A DNA stretch of 64,000 nt from Gemmatimonas sp. (lineage in GTDB: Bacteria; Pseudomonadota; Alphaproteobacteria; SMXQ01): the NCBI GenBank assembly GCA_050260515.1, contig JBLNCI010000009.1:3669-67668 (forward strand). The letters run 5' to 3'. Made by a program: the position numbers and the translations under genes. Shown piece after piece: positions 1 to 12,201 of this stretch. Positions within the stretch are counted from its first letter, which is position 1. Every line of letters starts with the position of its first letter. Under the pieces are notes generated by a model. That model was not told where the DNA came from and searched no databases. It saw only the letters and a program-made list of their open reading frames with translations.

Positions 1-484
1 AAAACTCCTTCAGCACCTCGGCGTAGAGCTGGCGCTTGAACGGCACGATCAGATCGGGAAGCAGCGGCGGCTCGACCCATTTCCAGTCGAGAAACTCGGG
101 GTGCTCGGTGGCGATGTTGATGTCGGTGTCCTTCCCGGTGAAGCGGGCGACGAACCACTTCTGCTCCTGACCGCGATAGCGGCCGCCCCAGATTTTGCCG
201 ATGAGAGCCGCGGGCAGATCGTAGCGGTACCAGCCGACGCTTTCGGCGACGAAGTCCGCCTTTTCGGTCCCGACTTCCTCGAACATCTCGCGTTTGGCGG
301 CCTGCAGCGGCGTCTCGCCGGCATCGATGCCGCCCTGCGGCATCTGCCACGTGTCCGACGGCATGTCGATGCGCTTGGCGACGAACACGAGTCCGGCAGC
401 GTTGACCAACATAACGCCGACGCCGCGGCGGTAGGGAAGCGCGGCAGCCGATGCGCCGCCCGCGGTCTTGGGTGAGTCCGACAT
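1..484 (-). CDS. rppH: RNA pyrophosphohydrolase (Nudix hydrolase RppH/NudH), C-terminus cut by window edge
   Basis: My translation of the minus strand gives MSDSPKTAGGASAAALPYRRGVGVMLVNAAGLVFVAKRIDMPSDTWQMPQGGIDAGETPLQAAKREMFEEVGT..., with a Nudix box (GGIDAGETPLQAAKREMFEEVG). ATG at 482-484 abuts the stop of the upstream gene (TAGATG). Absent from the ORF track because it runs off the window. Confidence 0.85.
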   Translation of the reverse strand, partial: MSDSPKTAGGASAAALPYRRGVGVMLVNAAGLVFVAKRIDMPSDTWQMPQGGIDAGETPLQAAKREMFEEVGTEKADFVAESVGWYRYDLPAALIGKIWGGRYRGQEQKWFVARFTGKDTDINIATEHPEFLDWKWVEPPLLPDLIVPFKRQLYAEVLKEF

Positions 485-1591
485 CTATTCCTTCTGGTGA
501 TCGGCGATCGCGGAGATCGGGGCAACGGCAAGTCCGCGCCCCTCCGCGGAGCGCACAAACGCGAGCACGCGCTCGATCGTCGCAGGGTAGGGCTGGCCGA
601 CGCCGACGGCAAATCCCGTGGTCGTCGCGATCTTCACAAGCTCGTCGAGCCGGCGATCGATCTCGTCCTTCGATGCCTGAACGTCGATCACCCGGTTGTT
701 GATCGCTCGCGGCAGCCCGATATCGCCCGAGATGCGGAACGCCGAGGACCGCAGCGAGGACCGCATATCGACGAACATGAGCCCGCGGGCGCGGATCTCC
801 TCGAGCGTCGGCCTCAGGCTCTCGGGCGCGGTCGTGTAGCTCGACCCGGCCAGACTGAGGACTCCGACGTATCCCGGGAAGCGGGCCAGCGACCAGTTCA
901 GCCGTTCGCGGTTTTCCGGTGCGCTGAGCGTGGTGAGCAGGGTCTGTGGACCCGGATCGTTCGCGGGATAATTGACCGGCTCCATCGGCACCATCGCGAG
1001 GGTCTCGTGCCCGGCGGCACGGGCCCGCGCCGCCCAGTAGTCGAGACGTTGGCCGTAGGGATTGAACGCCAGCGTCACGACCCCCGGCAGCGACTGAATG
1101 GCGGCCTCGGTGACGGCGGCGGACTGGCCGAGGCCGGAGATCACGATCGCAATCCGCGGCCGCGGATTGGTGGACTCGAACGGCCGCGCGTAGGCCTGCC
1201 ACGGCTTGCGACCGTCCGGGCCGATCTTCGGCAGCAGACCGTCGCGACTGCGCTCGACCAGCGCCGGATCCGGAGCCGGCGGCAGCGCCTCCGGGCCTGC
1301 CGGAATCGAATACGGCGCGGGCGTGGGCTCGGGCTGCGGCGCCGGTTGCTCAGGCGGGCCGAGGGCGATAGCCGGGCCAGGAACGATGGCCGGCACCTCG
1401 GGAATGTCGGGAAGGGGTGTCGGCATGGCCGTCGTTTCGTCGGACGCCTGTGCTTCGGGGGACGACACGGCGCGCGGCGGCACCGGGACGTCGACGGCCG
1501 CCGTGCGCGGTGCGTGTGCCGGATCGTAGGTCAGCCCGAGCCACACGAGCGTCCCCAGCACCGCGACGGCGAGGACGAGCCCCGCCAGCAT
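485..1591 (-). CDS. divergent polysaccharide deacetylase family protein (YibQ-like)
   Basis: ORF 485..1789(-). After a Pro/Ala-rich linker and a TM segment (MLAGLVLAVAVLGTLVWLG), the C-terminal ~250 aa match the YibQ/divergent polysaccharide deacetylase fold (RIAIVISGLGQS...GHETLAMVPMEP...LSLAGSSYTT). Start placed at the internal ATG 1591 to avoid overlap with ctpA; a GTG near 1639 is an alternative. Confidence 0.65.
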   Translation of the reverse strand: MLAGLVLAVAVLGTLVWLGLTYDPAHAPRTAAVDVPVPPRAVSSPEAQASDETTAMPTPLPDIPEVPAIVPGPAIALGPPEQPAPQPEPTPAPYSIPAGPEALPPAPDPALVERSRDGLLPKIGPDGRKPWQAYARPFESTNPRPRIAIVISGLGQSAAVTEAAIQSLPGVVTLAFNPYGQRLDYWAARARAAGHETLAMVPMEPVNYPANDPGPQTLLTTLSAPENRERLNWSLARFPGYVGVLSLAGSSYTTAPESLRPTLEEIRARGLMFVDMRSSLRSSAFRISGDIGLPRAINNRVIDVQASKDEIDRRLDELVKIATTTGFAVGVGQPYPATIERVLAFVRSAEGRGLAVAPISAIADHQKE

Positions 1592-1673
1592 CGGGGCCGA
1601 CGGACCGCGGCCTGGCGTCGAGAGCGGAGATCGCCTCACGGCACCCGTTCCGTGAGCGGTGCCCGCGCCGCCG

Positions 1674-3032
1674 CTATTCCGAGCCCCGGCCGCTGTACAG
1701 CGTGATGCCGCGCAGGACGTCCAGCGCGTGGTTGAGCTGGTAGTCCTGCTGCGTCGCGCCGGGGACCTCGCCGCCGGTCGGGCGGGCAACGGTGCCCGGC
1801 GGCGGATTCTTCACATCGAGCGGTGCGCCGGTTCCCGGCGCATTCTTCACGTCGAGCGCGCCGGGGAGATCGGCCTCGCGACGCCGCTCCTCGTCGGACA
1901 CCGCCTCGAGCTTCATCTGCTCGACCCTGATGTCGGGATCGATCCCCTTGCCCTGGATCGAGCGTCCCGACGGCGTGTAGTAGCGCGCCGTCGTGAGCCG
2001 CATCGCGCCGTGCCCGGGCAGCGGAATGATCGTCTGCACCGATCCTTTCCCGAACGAGCGCGTTCCGACGATGATCGCGCGATGATGGTCCTGTAGCGCA
2101 CCGGCCACGATCTCGGAGGCCGACGCGGAGCCGGCGTTGACCAGCACCACCATCGGCATACCGCGGATGATGTCGCCGGCCTTGGCGTTGAACCGCTGCG
2201 CATCGTCGGAGCGACGCGTCCGCGTCGACACGATCTCGCCCTTCTCGAGGAAGTCGTCCGACACGGCGACCGCCTGATCGAGGAGGCCGCCCGGGTTGTT
2301 GCGGAGATCGAGGACCAGCCCGCGCAGGCGGTTCTTCGACTCGTTCCTCAGGTTCTGCACCGCCTTTTCGAGATCGGCGGAGGTCTGCTCGCTGAAGGAC
2401 GTGATGCGCACGTAGCCGATATCGTCGCGCTCCAGACGCGAGCGCACCGACCGGATCGTGATCGTCGCGCGGTTGAGTGTGACCTCGAACGGATCCTTGT
2501 TGGCGCGCTTGATCGTGAGCCGGATCGGCGAGTTCACCGGTCCGCGCATCTTCTCGACCGCCTGCTGCAGCGTCATCCCCATCACCTGCTCGTTGTCGAG
2601 CTGGACGATGTAGTCGTTCGGCTGGATGCCGGCCTTCGCCGCGGGCGTGTCGTCGATCGGCGACACGACCTTCACGAGGCCGTTCTCCATCGTCACCTCG
2701 ATGCCGAGCCCGCCGAACTCGCCGCGCGTCTGCACTTGCATGTCGCGATAGGCTTTCTCGTTCAGGTAGCTCGAATGCGGATCGAGCGAACTCAACATGC
2801 CGTTGATCGCGTTCTCGATCAGGTCCTTGTCGTCGACCTTCTCGACGTAGTCGGCGCGCACGCGCTCGAACACGTCGCCGAACAGGTTGAGCTGACGGTA
2901 GGTCTCGGAGTTGCGATTCTGCGACTGATTTTGCTGGGCCGCCGCAGGGCCGATAATGGAGGGAGCGTACGTGGCGGTGACGGCGCCGATGGCCACACCG
3001 GCAAGAAGACCGACGACGAGTTGCTTTTTCAT
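1674..3032 (-). CDS. ctpA: carboxy-terminal processing protease (S41 peptidase)
   Basis: ORF 1674..3065(-). Signal-like MKKQLVVGLLAGVAIGAVTA, PDZ and S41 catalytic regions (GLVLDLRNNPGG, Ser/Lys dyad context). The ATG at 3030-3032 overlaps the envC-like stop (ATGA). Confidence 0.9.
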   Translation of the reverse strand: MKKQLVVGLLAGVAIGAVTATYAPSIIGPAAAQQNQSQNRNSETYRQLNLFGDVFERVRADYVEKVDDKDLIENAINGMLSSLDPHSSYLNEKAYRDMQVQTRGEFGGLGIEVTMENGLVKVVSPIDDTPAAKAGIQPNDYIVQLDNEQVMGMTLQQAVEKMRGPVNSPIRLTIKRANKDPFEVTLNRATITIRSVRSRLERDDIGYVRITSFSEQTSADLEKAVQNLRNESKNRLRGLVLDLRNNPGGLLDQAVAVSDDFLEKGEIVSTRTRRSDDAQRFNAKAGDIIRGMPMVVLVNAGSASASEIVAGALQDHHRAIIVGTRSFGKGSVQTIIPLPGHGAMRLTTARYYTPSGRSIQGKGIDPDIRVEQMKLEAVSDEERRREADLPGALDVKNAPGTGAPLDVKNPPPGTVARPTGGEVPGATQQDYQLNHALDVLRGITLYSGRGSE

Positions 3033-4288
3033 CCGCTGACCTTGTCCGTGGGAACGCCAAGCCATGGCGTGGGATCGATCGGCCGACCGTTGCGGCGCAA
3101 TTCGAGATAAATACGAGAAGGGGACCCGCCGCGTGCCGTGGCGGCACCCCCGGCAGTGCCAACAATTCCGATCGGTTCGCCCGCCAGCACCGATTCGCCC
3201 AGCGCGCTATCGATCCGTCCGAAACCGGCGAGGAGCAAATGATAGCCTTCGCCGTGTTCGATGATCAAGAGTTGCCCATAATCCCGGAACGGACCGGCGT
3301 ACACCACGCGCCCTGAAAACGGGGCCAGCACGCTGGTTCCCGGGGCCACCTCAAGGGTTACTCCGCGGTTAGCCGCTCCACCGTCTCCTCGGGCGCCGAA
3401 CGCCGCCACGATTCGCCCGTTCACCGGCGCGATCGCGCGGGGAAGGCCTGCCACCTCGGTCCCTCCGCGGTGAGACGGCGGCGGTACCGGCGCGGGGCGG
3501 TGACGGGCGGCCTGCGCAGAGCGGGCTTGCCGCTCAGCTTCGAGTCGTTCCATCAGTTCCTTGATATCGTGCGCCTCACGGGCCAAGCGGTCCGCGTCGG
3601 CCTGAGCCTTTCGGCGCTCGGCCTGGGTCTGCTTCTGGAGCGCCGATTTTTGCGCAACGAGCGATTCCAGCCGGCTGCGGTCGCGCGCGAGCGCGCGGCT
3701 CTCCTTCTCCAACTCGTCGCGCGTCTGAGCGCCTGCCTTGCGGACCGTGTCCAGCGCCTCGATCTCCGTGCGCAGCGAGGCCGCTTCGGCCTCGAGCTCC
3801 GGGACGGCGGCGGCCAGCAGCAGCGCCGCGCGAATGGTGTCCTCGGGACTCGCCGGCAGCGCGACGAGCGCCTCGGGCGGTCGGCGGGCGTGGCGCGCCA
3901 GCGCCATGAGCAGATCCGAGAGCTGCCGGCGACGCGCATCGAGCGCGATCGTCTTTTCTTGCTCCTCGGCTTCCAGTTTGCCCAGCTCCCGGCGGTGCTC
4001 GACCACAGCCTGCTCGCGCTGGCGCGCGGCGGCGGCGGCCTCGACGAGCTGTCCGCGAAGAGCATCGATCTCCTTCTCGAGCGCGGCTTCGCGGGCCGCG
4101 AGCGCCGCATCCTGCTCGCGTGTCCGCTCGAGCTCCTGCTCGACGCTCTTGAGCTGGCGGTCGGGGCCGGGTTTCGCGGGAGGCTTCGGCGGCTCGTCAC
4201 GGGCGAGCGCCGGGGCCGCGAACGCGAGGATGGCCACCGCGATTGCCGCGTGCCGCGCCGTCGTGACCAAGCGGCTACGCTGTGGCAA
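3029..4288 (-). CDS. murein hydrolase activator EnvC-like protein, coiled-coil plus M23/LytM peptidase domain
   Basis: ORF 3029..4288(-). N-terminal signal peptide, long E/R/A/L-rich coiled coil, C-terminal LytM domain (GVTLEVAPGTSVLAPFSGRVVYAGPFRDYGQLLIIEHGEGYHLLLAGF). Confidence 0.8.
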   Translation of the reverse strand: MPQRSRLVTTARHAAIAVAILAFAAPALARDEPPKPPAKPGPDRQLKSVEQELERTREQDAALAAREAALEKEIDALRGQLVEAAAAARQREQAVVEHRRELGKLEAEEQEKTIALDARRRQLSDLLMALARHARRPPEALVALPASPEDTIRAALLLAAAVPELEAEAASLRTEIEALDTVRKAGAQTRDELEKESRALARDRSRLESLVAQKSALQKQTQAERRKAQADADRLAREAHDIKELMERLEAERQARSAQAARHRPAPVPPPSHRGGTEVAGLPRAIAPVNGRIVAAFGARGDGGAANRGVTLEVAPGTSVLAPFSGRVVYAGPFRDYGQLLIIEHGEGYHLLLAGFGRIDSALGESVLAGEPIGIVGTAGGAATARGGSPSRIYLELRRNGRPIDPTPWLGVPTDKVSG

Positions 4289-5885
4289 GGCTTCCGGCAG
4301 GGGTCTTCCCTTCCTCGCTCTTCACCAGGAGAGAGTGTCCGGTCATTTCCTTCGGCGGCGTAAGGCCGAGCAAGTCGAGCATGGTCGGCGCGACGTCCGC
4401 GAGCTGCCCTTTCGAGAGGCCGCTCACCGTCGATGGCCCGTTGACCAGGATCGCCGGCACCGTGAACAGCGTGTGCGCGGTGTGCGGCTGGTTGTGCTCG
4501 TAGTCGCGCATCAGCTCGGCGTTGCCGTGATCGGCGGTGATGAACAGCGCGCCTCCGACCTTCTTCACCGCCGTTTCGAGCCGGCCGAGACACTTATCGA
4601 CCGCCTCGACGGCCTTGATCGCCGCCTGCAAGTCGCCGGTGTGGCCCACCATGTCGCCGTTCGCGTAGTTCACCAGAATGAAGTCGAATGTCCCGCTCTC
4701 GATGGCGCCGACGAGCTTGTCGGTAACCTCGTAGGCCGACATTTCGGGCTTCTGGTCGTAAGTGGCGACCTTCGGCGACGGCACCAGAATGCGTTCCTCG
4801 CCGGGATATTGCCGTTCCTCGCCACCGTTGAAGAAGAACGTGACGTGCGCGTACTTCTCCGTCTCCGCGATGCGGAGTTGCTTGAGGCCACGTTCGGCGA
4901 GCACTTGGCCCAGCAGATGCGTGAGCTTCTGCTGGGGGAAGAGTGCCGTCATCAGCTTGTTCAGTTCGGTCGAGTACTCGGCGAGACCCGCGGCGGCGGC
5001 GAAGCGGGGCACCTTCGGGCGCGGAAAGGAACTGAATTCCGGGTCGAGCAGCGCGGTGAGGATCTCGCGCGCACGGTCGGCCCGGAAGTTCAGCATCAGC
5101 AGGCCGTCCCCGTCCTTCATCCCATCATAGCCATCGATGATGGTCGGCAGCACGAACTCGTCCGTGACCTTCTTCTCGTACGACTGCGCGACCGCCGCGT
5201 CGGCGTTCGGCGCGTGCTCGCCGTCCGCCAGCACCAGCGCCCGCCATGCTTTCTCGACTCGCTCCCAGCGCTTGTCGCGGTCCATCGCGTAGAAGCGGCC
5301 GGAGACCGTGGCGATGCGTGCGTTGGCGACGCCCGCGAGGTCGCGGCTGAACGCCTGGAGGTAGCCGCGCGCCGACGACGGCGGGGTGTCGCGACCGTCG
5401 AGGAAGGCATGGATGGCGACCTTCACGCCCGCCTCGGCGACGATCTTCACGATGGCGGCGATCTGCGTCTGCAGCGCGTGGACGCCGCCGGGGGAGACCA
5501 GACCCATGGCGTGGACGGTGCCGCCGGATGATTTCATCCTGGCGATGAACGCGTTCAGTTCGGCGTTGCTCCGGATCGAGCCGTCCTGGATCGCGAGCTC
5601 GATACGTGGCATGTCCTGGAACACCACCCGACCCGCGCCGAGGTTCATGTGGCCGACCTCGGAGTTGCCCATCTGGCCGTCCGGCAGGCCGACGAAGTGC
5701 TCCGATGCCTGGATCAGGCTGTGGGGACAGTCCTTCATGAGGTGCCGCCACACCGGGGCGTTCGCCTCGCAAATGGCGTTGTCCTCGCACTCGGGGCGAT
5801 ACCCCCAGCCATCGAGGACGCAGAGGACGACGGGACGCGGCTTGCGGGGATTGAGCGCGGGGGACGGACGGTCAGGAGCGTTCAT
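4275..5885 (-). CDS. gpmI: 2,3-bisphosphoglycerate-independent phosphoglycerate mutase
   Basis: ORF 4275..5885(-), 536 aa. iPGM motifs (VLCVLDGWG, EVGHMNLGAGR, LFITADHGNAE). Confidence 0.95.
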   Translation of the reverse strand: MNAPDRPSPALNPRKPRPVVLCVLDGWGYRPECEDNAICEANAPVWRHLMKDCPHSLIQASEHFVGLPDGQMGNSEVGHMNLGAGRVVFQDMPRIELAIQDGSIRSNAELNAFIARMKSSGGTVHAMGLVSPGGVHALQTQIAAIVKIVAEAGVKVAIHAFLDGRDTPPSSARGYLQAFSRDLAGVANARIATVSGRFYAMDRDKRWERVEKAWRALVLADGEHAPNADAAVAQSYEKKVTDEFVLPTIIDGYDGMKDGDGLLMLNFRADRAREILTALLDPEFSSFPRPKVPRFAAAAGLAEYSTELNKLMTALFPQQKLTHLLGQVLAERGLKQLRIAETEKYAHVTFFFNGGEERQYPGEERILVPSPKVATYDQKPEMSAYEVTDKLVGAIESGTFDFILVNYANGDMVGHTGDLQAAIKAVEAVDKCLGRLETAVKKVGGALFITADHGNAELMRDYEHNQPHTAHTLFTVPAILVNGPSTVSGLSKGQLADVAPTMLDLLGLTPPKEMTGHSLLVKSEEGKTPAGSLATA

Positions 5886-6011
5886 CGGTCGGGACGTGCG
5901 GTTGACGGAACAGACGGAAGAAAGGCCCGCTTTTTATAGGCCAAACCGACGATCGGCGGTAGGCCGCCGTCCGCGGCCGTGCAAAGCAATTTCGGGCCGG
6001 CGCCGCGACGA

Positions 6012-6467
6012 TCAGGCGCGGTGATAGGGGTGCCCGGCGAGGATCGTCTCGGCGCGGTAGATCTGTTCGGCCACCATCGCCCGCACCAACAGGTGGGGCC
6101 ACGTCATCGCGCCGAGGGAGAGCACGAGATCCGCGCGCTCGCGCACCGCATCGGCGAGGCCGTCCGCGCCGCCGATTACCAACGCGAGGCCGCGTCCGCT
6201 ATCGGCGGTCTTGCCGACGAAGGCCGCGAACGCCTCGCTGGTCATGGTCTTGCCGCGGGGGTCGAGGGCGACGACGACGGCGTTCTTCGGCACCGACCGG
6301 GCAATCTCGGCGCCTTCACGCTCCATGCGCTCTGCGGCGGTACGGCCTTTCGCTTCGGGGACTTCACGGATGTCGATTGTCGCGCGGATACGTTTCGCAT
6401 AGTGGGCGAACAGCGCCGCTGCCTCGTCGCGCCGCGCCCTGCCGACGGCGATGAGGGCGATCTTCAT
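6012..6467 (-). CDS. rlmH: 23S rRNA (pseudouridine1915-N3)-methyltransferase RlmH
   Basis: ORF 6012..6467(-), 151 aa, SPOUT fold (MKIALIAVGRARRDEAAALFAHYAKRI...VVALDPRGK...LALVIGGADGL). Confidence 0.9.
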   Translation of the reverse strand: MKIALIAVGRARRDEAAALFAHYAKRIRATIDIREVPEAKGRTAAERMEREGAEIARSVPKNAVVVALDPRGKTMTSEAFAAFVGKTADSGRGLALVIGGADGLADAVRERADLVLSLGAMTWPHLLVRAMVAEQIYRAETILAGHPYHRA

Positions 6468-6492
6468 CCCGGTACCGCGGTGTCGCTCCGGC

Positions 6493-6849
6493 TCAGGCGC
6501 TGTGCGCCTTGCCTGCGGGCTTGCGGCGCTTGGCCGGCTCCGAGGTCGGGGTCAGATCGGCGCTCCACATCTTCTCGAGGTTGTAGAACGAGCGCACCTC
6601 GGGGCGGAACAGGTGGGCGACGATGTCGCCCGCGTCGACCAGAACCCAATCGGCGCGCTCGAGGCCCTCGACCGCCGGGGCCCGGCGGCCGGTCGCCTTG
6701 ATGCGGTCGCGGAGGTGCTGCGCCATGGTCGCCACCTGGCGGGTCGACCGGCCCGAGGCGATGACGAGATAGTCCGCGACCGACGACTTGCCGGCCAAGG
6801 AGATCGTCGAGACGTCCTCGGCCTTGTCGTCGCTGAGCGAGTCGAGCAC
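6493..6849 (-). CDS. rsfS: ribosomal silencing factor RsfS (Iojap family)
   Basis: ORF 6493..6849(-), 118 aa (LDSLSDDKAEDVSTISLAGKSSVADYLVIASGRSTRQVATMAQHL...). GTG start; the in-frame upstream stretch has no start codon (see findings). Confidence 0.85.
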   Translation of the reverse strand: MLDSLSDDKAEDVSTISLAGKSSVADYLVIASGRSTRQVATMAQHLRDRIKATGRRAPAVEGLERADWVLVDAGDIVAHLFRPEVRSFYNLEKMWSADLTPTSEPAKRRKPAGKAHSA

Positions 6850-7080
6850 GAGCTTCAGGAGCGCGTCCTGAGCCGCCGGAGCCTTGGCTTTCCTGGTACG
6901 GGGCGCGGGATCAACGGCCCTCGGCTTGGCGGCCGTCTTCGTCGATTGGGAAGGGCTTTTCTTGGCCGAGGCCGACTTCGTTCGGGTGGTCGGCTTTCGG
7001 GGCGTGGAAGCGCGGACGATGACATCACCTCATGGTTCGGAAGCGTTACGCTCAGAATATCGGTATCGACCGGTAACGGG

Positions 7081-7746
7081 TCAACCCGGGGCCGGTTCCA
7101 GCGATACGGGGCGCCGCTCGCGGGTGGCGACCCGGCGGCCGGCGCGTATGGCGGTGGCCGACGCGGGATGACGGCGGCAATGGAAGAAGACCCAGGCCGG
7201 CGCCGTCGCCAGCGCGAGCTGGGCGGCATGGCTCTGGTGCCACCGGTATTGCCGGAACCGTCGCGCGGCGTGGCTGGCCAGCGCGCCCCACGAGTACGGC
7301 TCGCGATCGAAGACGGCGATCGGCACGGTGCGGAAAATCAGCGTCCAGTCGCGCCAGTGAGAGATCTGCCGCAGGTTGTCCGCGCCCATGATCCACACGA
7401 AATGCGTGCGCGGGAAGCGGCGGACGATCGTGCGCAGCGTGTCGGCGGTGTAGCGGCTGCCGAGGCGCAGTTCGAGATCGGTGACGCGAATGCGGGGATG
7501 GCGAGCCATGTCCTTCGCGCCGGCGAAGCGCTCCGCGAACGATGCCATGTCGGCGGTCGACTTCAGCGGATTCTGCGGCGAGACCAGCCACCACAATTCG
7601 TCGAGCGCGAGGTGCTTCAACGCCAGCAGGCTGATGTGCCGGTGCCCCTCGTGCGCCGGATTGAACGAGCCGCCCAGGATCCCGATTCGCAGGTGGGCGT
7701 AGTCGGCGACCGCGTAGGGCGGCAGATAGGGCGTGTGCGGGATCAG
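7081..7746 (-). CDS. nadD: nicotinate-nucleotide adenylyltransferase; 5' end uncertain, no canonical start upstream of the conserved N-terminal motif
   Basis: ORF 7081..7620(-) begins at a TTG. My in-frame translation upstream of it gives ...LIPHTPYLPPYAVADYAHLRIGILGGSFNPAHEGHRHISLLALKHLALDE..., i.e. the essential (H/T)xGH nucleotidyltransferase motif lies before any ATG/GTG/TTG. The upstream in-frame stop is near 7955. Start tentatively placed at CTG 7744-7746. Confidence 0.65.
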   Translation of the reverse strand: MIPHTPYLPPYAVADYAHLRIGILGGSFNPAHEGHRHISLLALKHLALDELWWLVSPQNPLKSTADMASFAERFAGAKDMARHPRIRVTDLELRLGSRYTADTLRTIVRRFPRTHFVWIMGADNLRQISHWRDWTLIFRTVPIAVFDREPYSWGALASHAARRFRQYRWHQSHAAQLALATAPAWVFFHCRRHPASATAIRAGRRVATRERRPVSLEPAPG

Positions 7747-7774
7747 GGCAGGCGCTCGCGCTGGCGTGCGGCCA

Positions 7775-9057
7775 CTACGGCCGCACCTGGCCCGTACCCC
7801 GGACCACGTACTTGTAGCTGGTGAGCTGCTCGACGCCCACCGGGCCGCGGGCGTGCAGCTTGTCGGTCGAGATGCCGATCTCGGCGCCCATGCCGAACTC
7901 GCCGCCGTCGGCGAACTGCGTCGAGGCGTTGTGCAGCACGATCGCGCTGTCGAGCTCGTTCAGGAAGGTCTCGGCGGCGCGGGCGTCGTCGGTCACGATC
8001 GAATCGGTATGACGCGAGCCGTGCTTGCGGATGTGGTCGATCGCGCCCTTCACCCCGTCGACGACCTTCACCGAGATGATCGCATCGAGGTATTCGGTGT
8101 CCCAGTCCTCGGGCGTCGCGGGCTTCACCTCGCGGTCGACCGAGCGCACGGTCTCGTCGCCACGTACCTCGCACCCGGCGGTGATGAGGTCGGAGATGAT
8201 CGGCTTGAGATGGCTCGCGACCGCGCGGCGGTCGATCAGCAGCGTCTCGGTCGCGCCGCAAATGCCCGTCCGCCGCATCTTGGCATTGAGTACGATCTTG
8301 CGCGCCATCTCGAGGTTCGCCTCACCGTCGACGTACGTGTGGCAGATGCCTTCGAGATGCTTGATGACCGGGATCTTGCTGTCGGCGATCACGCGCTCGA
8401 TCAGCGACTTGCCGCCGCGCGGCACGATGATGTCGATGAGCCCCGCGGCCTTGAGCATGGCGCCGACCGCCGCGCGATCGCGGGTCGGCACGATCTGCAC
8501 CGCGGCTTCGGGCAGGCCCGCGGCCTTGATGCCCAGGGCGAGGCAGTCGTAGATCGCCTGCGACGAGTGGAGACTTTCGGAGCCGCCGCGCAGGATCACG
8601 GCGTTGCCCGCCTTGAGGCACAGCGCCGCGGCGTCGGCGGTGACGTTCGGGCGCGATTCGTAGATGACCCCGATGACGCCAAGCGGCACGCGAACGCGCG
8701 CGATCCTGAGGCCGTTCGGTCGCGTCCACTCGGCGATGGTCTGGCCGACGGGATCGGCGAGGGACGCGATGTCCTCGAGCCCCTTCGCCATCGCCTCGAT
8801 CCGCGCGGGATTCAGCAGCAGCCGGTCGCGCATCGCGGAGGACAGCCCTTGGCGTTCCGCCTCGGCGATGTCGCGCGCATTCGCCGCGAGGATGTCGGCT
8901 TGGTGCGCGCGCAGCGCCTTCGCGGTGCCCGTCAGCGCCGCGTTCTTCGCTTCCGTTGAAGCGATCGCGAGACGGTCGACCGCGGCGCGCGCGGCTTCCG
9001 CCATGCGCCGGACCACCATCTCGGGGGTGTCGGTTCCCGGTGTGTCGAGGTCGACGG

Positions 9058-9061
<4 letters not shown>
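7775..9061 (-). CDS. proA: gamma-glutamyl phosphate reductase
   Basis: ORF 7775..9061(-), 428 aa, aldehyde dehydrogenase-like ProA ([24 protein letters not shown]). Confidence 0.95.
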
Positions 9062-11327
<2,266 letters not shown>

Positions 11328-11412
11328 TCACCAGTGGAGAGCGCCCAAAGCAAAAGGGGAATGGCGCGCCATTCCCCTTTGCGAACCCGTGTCGGGAAAA
11401 GGCGCGCGAAGC

Positions 11413-11670
11413 TTAGTGCTTCGGCACCACCGACACAAAGGTGCGGGCCTTGGTGCCCGAGTGGAACTCGACGGTGCCCTCGACCGTCGCGAACAGCGTG
11501 TGGTCGCGGCCCACGCCGACGTTGCGCCCGGCGTGATACACGGTGCCGCGCTGGCGCACGAGGATGTTGCCGGGGACCACGATCTGCCCGCCGTACTTCT
11601 TCACGCCGAGACGACGGCCCTCGGAGTCGCGTCCGTTGCGCGACGAACCGCCAGCTTTCTTGTGAGCCAT
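11413..11670 (-). CDS. rpmA: 50S ribosomal protein L27
   Basis: ORF 11413..11670(-), 85 aa ([29 protein letters not shown]...). Confidence 0.95.
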   Translation of the reverse strand: MAHKKAGGSSRNGRDSEGRRLGVKKYGGQIVVPGNILVRQRGTVYHAGRNVGVGRDHTLFATVEGTVEFHSGTKARTFVSVVPKH

Positions 11671-11700
11671 GACTCTCTCCTTCGGTCGGCAGCGCCGACG

Positions 11701-12201
11701 TTACTTCTTTTTGGTGGTGCCCTTGGCGCCCGACTTCGGGGCGGCCTTCGCCTTCGGCTTCGCGGCGGCGGGCTTCGCGGCGGCCTTCGCCTTGGCCGCG
11801 GGCTTCTTGGTCTCGGACTTCGCCTCTGCCGGAGCCTCGGCCTTCGGGGCCGGAGCGGGGCGGGCGGCGCGCGCCGGCTTCTCGGCCGCGTCCTTGTAGA
11901 TGCCGTCGATGCGGACGACGGTCAGCAACTGGCGATGGCCGTTCTTGCGCCGCGAGTTCTGGCGGCGGCGCTTCTTGAAGACGATGACCTTGTCGTCCTT
12001 CTTCTGCTCGAGGACCGTGCCCGTCACGACGGCGCCGGAGACGAGCGGCGCGCCGAAGGTCGTGCCGGAGCCTTCGCCGATGGCGAGGATTTCCTTGAAC
12101 TCCACTTCCTCGCCGTGCTCCCCGGGGAGCTTCTCGATGAAGAGGACGTCGTTGGCCGCGACCTTGTACTGCTTGCCGCCGGTGCGGATGACCGCAAACA
12201 T
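11701..12201 (-). CDS. rplU: 50S ribosomal protein L21 with Ala/Lys-rich C-terminal extension
   Basis: ORF 11701..12201(-), 166 aa. [25 protein letters not shown]..., then a ~60-aa AKP-rich tail as seen in alphaproteobacterial L21. Confidence 0.9.
   Translation of the reverse strand: MFAVIRTGGKQYKVAANDVLFIEKLPGEHGEEVEFKEILAIGEGSGTTFGAPLVSGAVVTGTVLEQKKDDKVIVFKKRRRQNSRRKNGHRQLLTVVRIDGIYKDAAEKPARAARPAPAPKAEAPAEAKSETKKPAAKAKAAAKPAAAKPKAKAAPKSGAKGTTKKK

Noticed and set aside
497-1705. 402-aa + strand ORF antisense to the YibQ-like gene, along with many similar long ORFs (1636..3165-, 3553..4593-, 3738..5531+, 5125..5790-, 6451..7824+, 7733..8959+, 8956..10035+, 9146..10312-, 12404..14191-, 12664..14424+, 14585..15667-, 15516..17630+, 16486..17736-, 17768..19225-, 19423..20196+, 23267..24604-, 27764(region)..., 28332..29765-, 30124..31395-, 32128..33330+, 37227..38546-, 40582..42429-, 41316..43250 N-terminal part, 44336..45613-, 46572..47672-, 49146..51167-, 53010..54566+, 54679..56649-, 56766..59123+, 57739..59154-, 59356..61428-, 61453..63402-)
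   Set aside because: Arg/Ala/Gly/Pro-rich low-complexity translations typical of open alternative frames in ~68% GC DNA. Each overlaps a gene with clear family-level identity on the other strand or in another frame. None shows a recognisable domain.
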